Part shown: positions 1 to 7,795 of the stretch, piece by piece
How positions within the stretch are numbered: position 1 is the first letter of the stretch
Layout of the letters: each line of letters opens with the position of its first letter
Program-made: the position numbers and the translations under genes
Assembly: GCA_011620505.1 (NCBI GenBank)
Contig: WOZA01000112.1
Span: forward strand, 1-50,240
Origin: Anaerolineaceae bacterium
GTDB taxonomy: Bacteria > Chloroflexota > Anaerolineae > Anaerolineales > Anaerolineaceae
Reading direction: 5' to 3'
Length of the DNA: 50,240 nucleotides
The notes under the pieces: generated by a model
What the model was told of the DNA's origin: nothing
Seen by the model: the letters and a program-made list of their open reading frames with translations, nothing else
Database searches by the model: none

Positions 1-349
1 TAACCCGCACTCATTCATAATCACAGGGGACATATCGATCACAGCAAACTTTACCAAGTGGGAATCTCCAGGATCCGCTGAGACTAAATTTCTCCCCCCA
101 CATTTTATTTTCAGCTTAAGGTAAAAGGAGTAAAAATTCTTATGTGGTGGATAAGAGTCATTTTCTCATTAATAAAATGGAGGTCTTCCTATTTGACCAT
201 ATGAGATCAAGCTTCTTCGAAGCCAATAGCAACTACGCTTGCGACCATATCTGCCATCACATTCTCTCCGAATCTCCGCCATCAGGTATAATTCTTTCAG
301 TGCAATTCAAGGATCGGAGAATGGTTGCCCTGACGACCGACACTAACTA

Positions 350-2794
350 ATGAATCTGGGGAAGTTTCGTATATTCGAGGAGGTTGGACACGGCGGTTTT
401 GGCACCGTTTACCGCGCCAACGACATCACCCTCGACCGGATCGTCGCCCTCAAGATCCTCCACCAGGAATACCTCTCCGACCAAAAATTCATCGAATCCT
501 TCAAGCGTGAAGCCAGAATGATGGCTAAGGTCTCGCATCCAAATGTGGTGCAAATTTTCGAGGTCGGGGACCTCAAAGGGCAAATTTACATCGCCATGCA
601 GTATTTTGACGGCGGCAACCTCGATCAAAAAATCCAGGCTGGCGGTCCACTGCCCCTCAAAGATGCGATCCGCATGCTCAACCAAACCGCGCGCGGGTTG
701 GAAGCTGGCCATAAGATCGGGCTTGTCCATCGGGATGTAAAACCTGCGAACATCCTCTACAACCGCGAAGGATACATAGCCATCAGTGATTTTGGCGTAG
801 CCAAATCCATCCAGCAGAGCTCCCCTGAAACGACCAACTCTTTCAACCAATTTGCCGGTACGCCTTATTACATCCCGCCCGAGCTCTGGAAGTCCGAGGG
901 CAACCCCTCCCCTGCTGCGGATGTCTACAGCCTTGCCTGCGTTTTCTACGAAGCCTTGACTGGCGAGGTCTTATTCGCAGGCGAAACATACGAACATGTA
1001 CTCACCCGCCACGTGCTCGAAGCCCCGGTTTTCAGTACGGCATTTCCCGAAAGCCTGGTGGAAACGCTCACTATAGCCCTGGCTAAGAACCCAAGCGATC
1101 GCTACCAGACCATGAACGACTTTTTGGCTGCAGTCAGAGGAGCGCTCGAAAGGCAACCGCGCAAATCAGCTGTGTCAAGGACGCCGCCGGAACAAAGCAG
1201 CGTGATTGAAGAGCTGCCAAAACCGCTGTCACCTGGCAAAATCACCTTTGATGAACTTGTCAGGCGCTCCCAGCGCAAAAGCAGCCCTCAGAGCCCCATC
1301 ACGAAACCCACGCCAATCAGCCAACCAACTCCCGCGCCAATCAAACTGACCATCCCCACGGCCCAGCCACAACAGCAGAAAACTGAGCCTGAACCCGAGA
1401 GCAAGCCAGAGGCTCCCGCGGTTCTTCCGATCATCCACCCGCCAAAGAAAAGCGAGCCGCTTCCCGGACCAAATGCCGAAGACAAACCTTCTCCCGAAGC
1501 ACTTGAAACCAAGCCTGAGGTGAGATTGCCCGAAATCGAGGCAGAACATAATGGAGGATCGGTCAACGAAGGCTTATCGGATGAAGGGAGTGCCGAAGAT
1601 TTCTTCGCCCAAACCTCCGATGCGCCCCTCGAAACCAACGATTTGGGACTGCTGGAAGCGAGAGAAACTTCCCCAACAGAGAATCTGGACGATAGCTTAA
1701 TCTTTGAGAATTGGCTCACCAAGGAGTCAGTCGAAGAGCAGCCAGCGTTGGCTGAATCCTCCGTTTCGGATGAAGCAGAAGAAGCATCAGTTGTTGAACC
1801 CCCTCTCGTTGCAGGGCAAGAATCAGCCGATGGAGATGACTTCGCAGATAAAAAGAATGCCGAAACTCAAAGTGACTCAGAGCTAATCAATCCTGTTGAG
1901 CAAGGTCTCACTGATATTTTTGTTGAAACGCAATTGGAGGAGGATCAGAGCGAACCTGCACCAGAGCCGCTTACTGTTCCAACTCAAACAACACAGGCGC
2001 GATTGGAAAAGGGTAAAGATGCTGAACCTGATGTTGCGCTTGAGGAAGGTGCAATTGCAGCCGCATCAACAAGCCAGATTGCGATGAGGGAAAGAAAACC
2101 GGAAGATCAGGTTGTTCTTGAAACAATCTCAGAATTGCCCCGAGCAGAGCAGAATTTTACGTCACCGGATGTCAAACCCGCCCAAATCTTAAAAGAACGG
2201 GAAGGTCTGCTCGCTCACAATGCAGCTACCAACAAGTTTGACCAAAGCCAAAAGACAGAAGCTGCAAGCGGACTCAAGAGGAATTCTAAATTTGTCCTGA
2301 TGCTTGCCGTTGGCGGGATTGCAGTGATTGCGTTGGCTTTCCTGGTGTTTTCCGGTCAGGCTGGCAGCTGGTTTGGCGGAAAACCCAGCGGTACTCCGAC
2401 CTTTACCCTGACTCCGCTTCCAGGCAACACGGCAGCAGCCCCAGTGATCCTGCCAAACCGCACAAACACCTCGACTATCGCTGCTGGCTATATAAGCACC
2501 AACGCGCAAGTTAGCGCTACAGCCACCTTACATTCTCCAACCCGAACCGCGACTGCCACAGCAACGCCTTATCCAACTGCCAGACCCACCGACCGACCGA
2601 CCAATCCGCTGGTCGTCACTACCGCGCCGCCTGTTGTGTCCACAGCTCCACCGACTGCGATCATTGTGCCGCCAACAATTGCCCCACCAACAGCTACTAT
2701 AGCGCCGCCAACCGTCTCCCCGCCGACTACAACAGCTGCGCCACCAAATATAACTATACCCCCCACCAGGGCTCCCACACCCACACCATCCTAA
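350..2794 (+). CDS. Hanks-type Ser/Thr protein kinase; single-pass membrane protein with a long acidic disordered linker and a Pro/Thr-rich ectodomain
   Basis: The first ~270 aa carry the GHGGFGTVY glycine loop, VALK lysine, HRDVKPANIL catalytic loop, DFG and GTPYYIPPE motifs. There is one TM helix, FVLMLAVGGIAVIALAFLVFSG (about nt 2290-2355). The start is ATG 350. Confidence 0.9.
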   Translation: MNLGKFRIFEEVGHGGFGTVYRANDITLDRIVALKILHQEYLSDQKFIESFKREARMMAKVSHPNVVQIFEVGDLKGQIYIAMQYFDGGNLDQKIQAGGPLPLKDAIRMLNQTARGLEAGHKIGLVHRDVKPANILYNREGYIAISDFGVAKSIQQSSPETTNSFNQFAGTPYYIPPELWKSEGNPSPAADVYSLACVFYEALTGEVLFAGETYEHVLTRHVLEAPVFSTAFPESLVETLTIALAKNPSDRYQTMNDFLAAVRGALERQPRKSAVSRTPPEQSSVIEELPKPLSPGKITFDELVRRSQRKSSPQSPITKPTPISQPTPAPIKLTIPTAQPQQQKTEPEPESKPEAPAVLPIIHPPKKSEPLPGPNAEDKPSPEALETKPEVRLPEIEAEHNGGSVNEGLSDEGSAEDFFAQTSDAPLETNDLGLLEARETSPTENLDDSLIFENWLTKESVEEQPALAESSVSDEAEEASVVEPPLVAGQESADGDDFADKKNAETQSDSELINPVEQGLTDIFVETQLEEDQSEPAPEPLTVPTQTTQARLEKGKDAEPDVALEEGAIAAASTSQIAMRERKPEDQVVLETISELPRAEQNFTSPDVKPAQILKEREGLLAHNAATNKFDQSQKTEAASGLKRNSKFVLMLAVGGIAVIALAFLVFSGQAGSWFGGKPSGTPTFTLTPLPGNTAAAPVILPNRTNTSTIAAGYISTNAQVSATATLHSPTRTATATATPYPTARPTDRPTNPLVVTTAPPVVSTAPPTAIIVPPTIAPPTATIAPPTVSPPTTTAAPPNITIPPTRAPTPTPS

Positions 2795-2809
2795 ATCACT
2801 GGATTTATC

Positions 2810-2818
2810 TGTTAGAGT
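2810..2818 (+). promoter_or_regulatory. Possible extended -10 element TGTTAGAGT upstream of the first NHL gene
   Basis: TGnTAGAGT lies 39 nt upstream of ATG 2857. It has the same TGTTAnAnT shape as three other intergenic candidates in this window. No convincing -35. Confidence 0.3.
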
Positions 2819-2856
2819 ATTTAACACACAAAGCTTGATAACAATTGGAGGAAAAG

Positions 2857-5253
2857 ATGAAAAGAATAGTTGCTTTAATTTTTGCTTTCACACTGCTTTT
2901 TGGAACACTCGGCAGCACAGCGTTTGCTCAGACTCCGGATGAGAACACACCCCAGGATCTTACCTACTACTTTCGCCGCAGTTGGGGTGGAGAGGCTGAT
3001 CAGATACATGCTGCGACTGACATAGTTGTTGCCAGTAACGGCGATATTTTTATCGCTTTGGACGTATTGGATCGCATTCTGAAAATTTCTGCCTCGGACA
3101 AGACGTACTCAACCTTTGGGAAGCCAGGCTACGGAGAAGGTGAAATCGCTGATCCACGCGGACTGGCTTTAGCTTCAAATGGCAATGTTTATGTCACCAA
3201 TAGAGGGTTTCTTGTTTCGGTCTTTACTCCCGATGGAGAATGTGTAAACTCGTGGGGAACTGCAGGAATTGGACCCGGCGAGTTCCTCGGTGCAACAGGA
3301 ATTACTATCGACCAGGCTGGAGTGGTATATGTCGCAGACAAACAAAACAATCGAATTCAAAAATTCGATTTGGATGGGACTTATTTGGGTGAAATCAGTC
3401 ATAATCCTGAAAACCCGAATCGGCTGAACGGGCCTGTGGATTTGATAGTCGATAACTCAGGCAATGTTTATGTCGTAGATGGAAGTGGTTTTTCAGTCGA
3501 AAAGTATTCCTCGAGTGGCGAATTTATCACAGAATGGGGTCAAATAGACGCAGTAAGTATAGACCTGGATGACCAGGGATATTTGTATGTGATGGATACC
3601 GTCGGTAAGAAAGTTTTTCAATATTCAGATGACGGTCAGTATATACAGGATTGGGAATTTGAAGCCTATAAGGATTCATATGGTGGAGGCATAGACTTCA
3701 AAGATGGATATTTATACCTGGCCTATAGCGGTAATTATTTTGCACTCAAACTAAGTATGGATGGTTCCCAAAATTATAGATGGGGACCATATTCTCCAGC
3801 ACCAGAGAAGTTTGATGCAACTAGTGGGATAACAGTTGATAATCAAGGTCAGATCATCGTGGCTGACGAGGTCGATCATAGAATCCAGGTATTTAATACG
3901 GATGGTTCTCTTTTGCAGGTGGTAACCCATGTCAATCAGGAAAATAACCTCCCATTCTCTCCTATTGATGTTGCAGTTGATTCTGACGGATATTATTATG
4001 TCGTTGATGCTGTAACCGACCAATTATTCAAATTCTCCCCAGAATGGATGTTTATTGAACAATGGGGAGCACAAGGTGAGCAGCCAGGACAATTCATGTT
4101 TCCAATGAGCCTTACCGTGGATCAATCGGGAATGGTTTATGTGGCTGACTACTACCGAGAATGCGTAGTTAAATTTGATGCATCAGGTGTGTTTCTGAAA
4201 GAATGGTGTAACAATTCAGAGGGTGTTACCGACATGACAGCCCCCTACGATATCACAATAGATCACCAGGGAATTGTTTATGTTGTGGACTACTTTTCCA
4301 AATACATCTTTAAATTTACTAGTGAGGGTAGTTTGATATCTAAGTTTAAGCCTTCACCACAATCCGGGCAAATCAGTGGAATCGATGTTGATGAGAATGG
4401 CAATATTTTTGTAACAGACCATGGTTACAGCAGTGTTAGAGTTCTCAACTCGTCTGGACAGATTCTTTCAACTTTCAGCGGATATGGTTCTGAACCAGGT
4501 CAATTGAGAAACCCAGAAAGAATTGTCTTAGGACCAGAAGGTCAGGTGATTGTTGCGGACAGTAAAAATCTACGAATGCAGATTTTTACCACATCAATTC
4601 CTGATTCCGACCCCGAATCAGGTCTTGTACAAAATGGGACTATTGAACAACAACTCATAGAGTGGTCATATGGAGGAGACATTGGAGATAATTCTGTAAG
4701 TGTTTCTACGGACAAAATACAGGGTGATTATTCTATGCTATTGGGATTGCCTGTCATGCAAACAGAACAAGGACAATCGAGCGCATGGGCATATAGCAAT
4801 TTCTTCATCGATCCATTGTGGACACGTCCAATACTGACCTTTAATTACAAAATGCATGTCAACGATAACATGCATTATTCCGACTTTCTCGTGACCGTTC
4901 AAAATGGTGTTGGTGACAGAACTGAAAGAATCGTAATTCGGGATGGATACATCCCCTGCAGCGGCAATTACGCCCCCCGCCCCGGGCGAGATCTAGGCTG
5001 GCGAATAGGCGGCTATGATCTCTCAGCTTTCAAAGGTCAGCATATCCGCATCGTCTTCTCCAACCGCAACCTCTGGCCGGATTCGCTTGGGATTTGGACC
5101 AATGTGGATAACGTGCGCGTGCTGGATGCCGGTCCGATTCCGCCCGCGGCAGGTCCTTTTACGCTCAACCTACCGCTTATCAGCCTTAATAAATGCGACA
5201 TTCCGGATTACACCCTACAAGGCGGACTTGAACGCTCCTTGCTTGATCATTGA
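2857..5253 (+). CDS. Secreted NHL-repeat (beta-propeller) protein with an unassigned ~215-aa C-terminal domain
   Basis: GGAGG at 2847-2851 sits 5 nt before ATG 2857, so the ORF-track TTG 2845 is less likely. The signal peptide is MKRIVALIFAFTLLFGTLGSTAFA. There are more than 10 repeats of the NHL pattern (G.F..P.GI.VD..G..YV.D..N.RIQ.F). Confidence 0.8.
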   Translation: MKRIVALIFAFTLLFGTLGSTAFAQTPDENTPQDLTYYFRRSWGGEADQIHAATDIVVASNGDIFIALDVLDRILKISASDKTYSTFGKPGYGEGEIADPRGLALASNGNVYVTNRGFLVSVFTPDGECVNSWGTAGIGPGEFLGATGITIDQAGVVYVADKQNNRIQKFDLDGTYLGEISHNPENPNRLNGPVDLIVDNSGNVYVVDGSGFSVEKYSSSGEFITEWGQIDAVSIDLDDQGYLYVMDTVGKKVFQYSDDGQYIQDWEFEAYKDSYGGGIDFKDGYLYLAYSGNYFALKLSMDGSQNYRWGPYSPAPEKFDATSGITVDNQGQIIVADEVDHRIQVFNTDGSLLQVVTHVNQENNLPFSPIDVAVDSDGYYYVVDAVTDQLFKFSPEWMFIEQWGAQGEQPGQFMFPMSLTVDQSGMVYVADYYRECVVKFDASGVFLKEWCNNSEGVTDMTAPYDITIDHQGIVYVVDYFSKYIFKFTSEGSLISKFKPSPQSGQISGIDVDENGNIFVTDHGYSSVRVLNSSGQILSTFSGYGSEPGQLRNPERIVLGPEGQVIVADSKNLRMQIFTTSIPDSDPESGLVQNGTIEQQLIEWSYGGDIGDNSVSVSTDKIQGDYSMLLGLPVMQTEQGQSSAWAYSNFFIDPLWTRPILTFNYKMHVNDNMHYSDFLVTVQNGVGDRTERIVIRDGYIPCSGNYAPRPGRDLGWRIGGYDLSAFKGQHIRIVFSNRNLWPDSLGIWTNVDNVRVLDAGPIPPAAGPFTLNLPLISLNKCDIPDYTLQGGLERSLLDH

Positions 5254-5271
5254 GAATAAAAGAAGGACTAT

Positions 5272-7752
5272 ATGACGAAATTATCTCGCTGCTTGTTACT
5301 TGTCACTTTCCTGTTTGGCCTGCTGCCAGGCGCAAGCGCAATTTCATCTGGGGAGAGGTTTGAGTCGGCAGTCCAGCCTCTGCAAGAGATTGTTAATCCT
5401 CCAAATACTGAATCCCACATCAACAGCTCCCCCTATGTCTTTCGCCGGTCCTGGGGGGGTGAGGCAGATCAAATTATGTACCCACAAGGTATGGTGATTA
5501 CCGATGATGGCAACCTGATTGTTGCCAATTCAGGATTGAACCGAATAACATTGATAAATCAGAACGATAATACAATGACAACCATTGGAGGATTTGGTAC
5601 AGATCCAGGAAGTTTTGATTGGCCATCTGAAGTTGCTATGGCCGCTGACGGTACGCTCTTCATATCTGATTCCGGAAACAATCGGGTCCAACACATAACA
5701 ATTGAAGGGGAAGTGCTCAACTATTGGGGCAATTATGGCTCTGAAATCGGTCAGTTTAATAATCCTAGCGGAATCGCTGTCAGTGGAGATAACTTTGTTT
5801 ATGTAACAGACGATTTAAACGACCGGGTACAAAAATTTACTATCTCAGGTCAGTTTGTGAATTCATGGGGAAGTTCTGGGACTGGACCCGGTCAATTTAA
5901 TCGCCCCGAAGGTCTGGTGATTGATGACCTGGGGTACGTTTACATACTTGATAGTAACAACGACCGCGTGCAAAAGTTTGATGCCAATGGGAACTATTCA
6001 TTGCAGTGGGGTACAAGAGGTTGGGCAGACGATCAACTCTTGAGTCCTGATGCTATCGCCATTGATAACAGTGGGAATATCCTTGTGGCTGATTACAGCA
6101 CAAGAATTCGGATCTTCTCATCATCAGGCTTATTCTTAGGTTACCTTTACGAAGTTATTGGATTGCCAGAGGTCCCGGCTTGGATCAGAGGTCTGGCTGT
6201 TGATAGCCATGGTGCAGTCTATGTTTCTATGTACAACTATGATGAAATTAATAAGCACGCCCCCGACGGCACCTATCTGCGCGACTGGGGAAGCAAAACA
6301 CTCGGTGCTGGGAAGTTTCGCTTTCCAGACGCATTGGCGCTTACCTCTTCAGGCGAGATATTGGTTCCCGATAGTAATAATCACAGTATCCAAGTTTTCA
6401 CGCCGTATGGAAGTGTTAGGGCAATCATCGGTCAGGAAGGCAGTGGACCCGGTGAATTCTTCGTACCAAGCGATGTAACCACGGATTCAACTGGAAACAT
6501 TTATGTTGCAGACGGCGGAAATTCAAGGATACAAGTATTCAATCAGAATTGGGATTTCATCCGGGAATTTGGATCAGAAGGGTACGGGGATGGACAATGG
6601 GATTGCTTAACATCATTAGCGGTGGATTCTGATGGAAATATTTATGGACTCGATGCATGCACTGAAAAGGTTCAAAAGTTCAGTAATACAGGTCAATTCC
6701 TACTGAGCTGGATTCCAGATCAAGGTGCATCTTGGGGGCCAGAGAGTATTCATATTGACCAATCTGATCACGTGTACGTTTCACATGGTGTGATCCTTCA
6801 GTATGATCAGGATGGAAAATATCTTCGCTCGTTTGGCAATTATGGGCATGGAATCGGGGAGCTGTATGTGCCATGCGGTTTTCACGTGACATCAAACGGT
6901 AATTTGTTTATAGCCGATGCTGGTAAAGATGAAATTATCGTCCTGGATTCCTCTGGTAATTACCTTTATTCTATTGGATCTCCAGGTTACCACGTTGGAG
7001 AATTCGGCGGACCCAAAGACATAGCGGTGACACCCGCCGGTTCAGTTTACGTTTTAGACAGCGCCAACCAGAGAGTGCAATTCTTTTCTCCACAAGCTAT
7101 CACACCCGACCCCACCACTGGGCTTGCGCTGAATGGCAGTTTTGAAAACGAGCCGCCGCTGATGGAATGGACCTGCGGCGGAAAATTACCAGTTAACCGC
7201 AGCACGATCAGCTCTCACGGTAGTTATTCAATTCGTCTTGGTCAACCGGTAACTCAAACCGAGCAGGGCATGCGAGAAGCGTGGGCATACACCAGCATTT
7301 ACGTGGACCCTGCCTGGAACAGACCAATGCTTACTTTCAAATACCGCATGTTTGTCAATGACATCATGGATTATTCTGACTTCTACGTGGCGATTCAAGA
7401 TGGGGCTGGCTTGAATCACCTGGAAACAGTCATGAGGGATGGGTTTCAACCTTGCACGCCTGGGCAACCGCCCACCGCCGCGCAGGATCTTGGCTGGCGG
7501 ATGGGCAGCTATGATCTGTCGGCTTTCAAAGGTCAGCATATCCGAATTGTATTTTCCAACCGCAACCTCTGGCCGCAATCATGGGGAATCTGGACCAATG
7601 TGGACGATGTACGCGTTCTAGATGCTGGCCCAATGCCGCCTCTCACGGGTCCTTATAAGGCCAATCTGCCGTTGATATTTAACAAAAAATGCGACGTTCC
7701 TTTGCTGCTGAATGGTAAGGTATTGGAACGACCGGGGATCGACCTTTATTAG
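5272..7752 (+). CDS. Secreted NHL-repeat protein, tandem paralog of 2857..5253 with the same C-terminal domain
   Basis: The signal peptide is MTKLSRCLLLVTFLFGLLPGASA. It has many NHL repeats (for example GQFNNPSGIAVSGDNFVYVTDDLNDRVQKF). It shares the N-terminal motif FRRSWGGEADQI and the C-terminal DLSAFKGQHIRIVFSNRNLWP...WTNVD.VRVLDAGP with the upstream gene. Confidence 0.8.
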   Translation: MTKLSRCLLLVTFLFGLLPGASAISSGERFESAVQPLQEIVNPPNTESHINSSPYVFRRSWGGEADQIMYPQGMVITDDGNLIVANSGLNRITLINQNDNTMTTIGGFGTDPGSFDWPSEVAMAADGTLFISDSGNNRVQHITIEGEVLNYWGNYGSEIGQFNNPSGIAVSGDNFVYVTDDLNDRVQKFTISGQFVNSWGSSGTGPGQFNRPEGLVIDDLGYVYILDSNNDRVQKFDANGNYSLQWGTRGWADDQLLSPDAIAIDNSGNILVADYSTRIRIFSSSGLFLGYLYEVIGLPEVPAWIRGLAVDSHGAVYVSMYNYDEINKHAPDGTYLRDWGSKTLGAGKFRFPDALALTSSGEILVPDSNNHSIQVFTPYGSVRAIIGQEGSGPGEFFVPSDVTTDSTGNIYVADGGNSRIQVFNQNWDFIREFGSEGYGDGQWDCLTSLAVDSDGNIYGLDACTEKVQKFSNTGQFLLSWIPDQGASWGPESIHIDQSDHVYVSHGVILQYDQDGKYLRSFGNYGHGIGELYVPCGFHVTSNGNLFIADAGKDEIIVLDSSGNYLYSIGSPGYHVGEFGGPKDIAVTPAGSVYVLDSANQRVQFFSPQAITPDPTTGLALNGSFENEPPLMEWTCGGKLPVNRSTISSHGSYSIRLGQPVTQTEQGMREAWAYTSIYVDPAWNRPMLTFKYRMFVNDIMDYSDFYVAIQDGAGLNHLETVMRDGFQPCTPGQPPTAAQDLGWRMGSYDLSAFKGQHIRIVFSNRNLWPQSWGIWTNVDDVRVLDAGPMPPLTGPYKANLPLIFNKKCDVPLLLNGKVLERPGIDLY

Positions 7753-7763
7753 CTTCTACACAC

Positions 7764-7795
7764 AAAAAAATGGCCCTTTTCAGGGCTATTTTTTT
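7764..7795. terminator. Bidirectional intrinsic terminator between convergent genes
   Basis: The sequence is AAAAAAA-TGGCCC-TTTTCA-GGGCTA-TTTTTTT. The stem is flanked by an A7 run and a T7 run. It lies between stop 7752 (+) and stop 7794 (-). Confidence 0.6.

Noticed and set aside
1-143. The leading TAA and first ~140 nt were considered as the end of an upstream gene or a small RNA.
   Set aside because: The window edge prevents assessment. No terminator hairpin or conserved RNA motif is recognisable.
2560-2791. The repetitive DNA in the kinase Pro/Thr tail and the 27-nt repeats at 29661-29746 were considered as a possible CRISPR array or satellite.
   Set aside because: The repeats are in-frame coding low-complexity sequence. 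There are no unique spacers of regular length, and no cas genes are present.
2845-2856. Several ORF-track starts are longest-ORF choices that I did not adopt: TTG 2845 (NHL 1), TTG 9626 (GH2), GTG 25044 (DUF3795), 29887 (SBP), 30933 (OppF-like), 37543 (OadG-like) and 20384 (Dus).
   Set aside because: In each case a downstream start has a better-placed Shine-Dalgarno sequence. The downstream start also removes a long overlap with the upstream gene, and/or places a signal peptide or conserved N-terminus at the expected position.
2845-7752. The AT-richer NHL gene pair was considered as a possible genomic island or mobile element.
   Set aside because: No integrase, transposase, tRNA target, or flanking direct or inverted repeats are visible. 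The composition shift alone is insufficient, and the C-terminal domains return to the local GC level.
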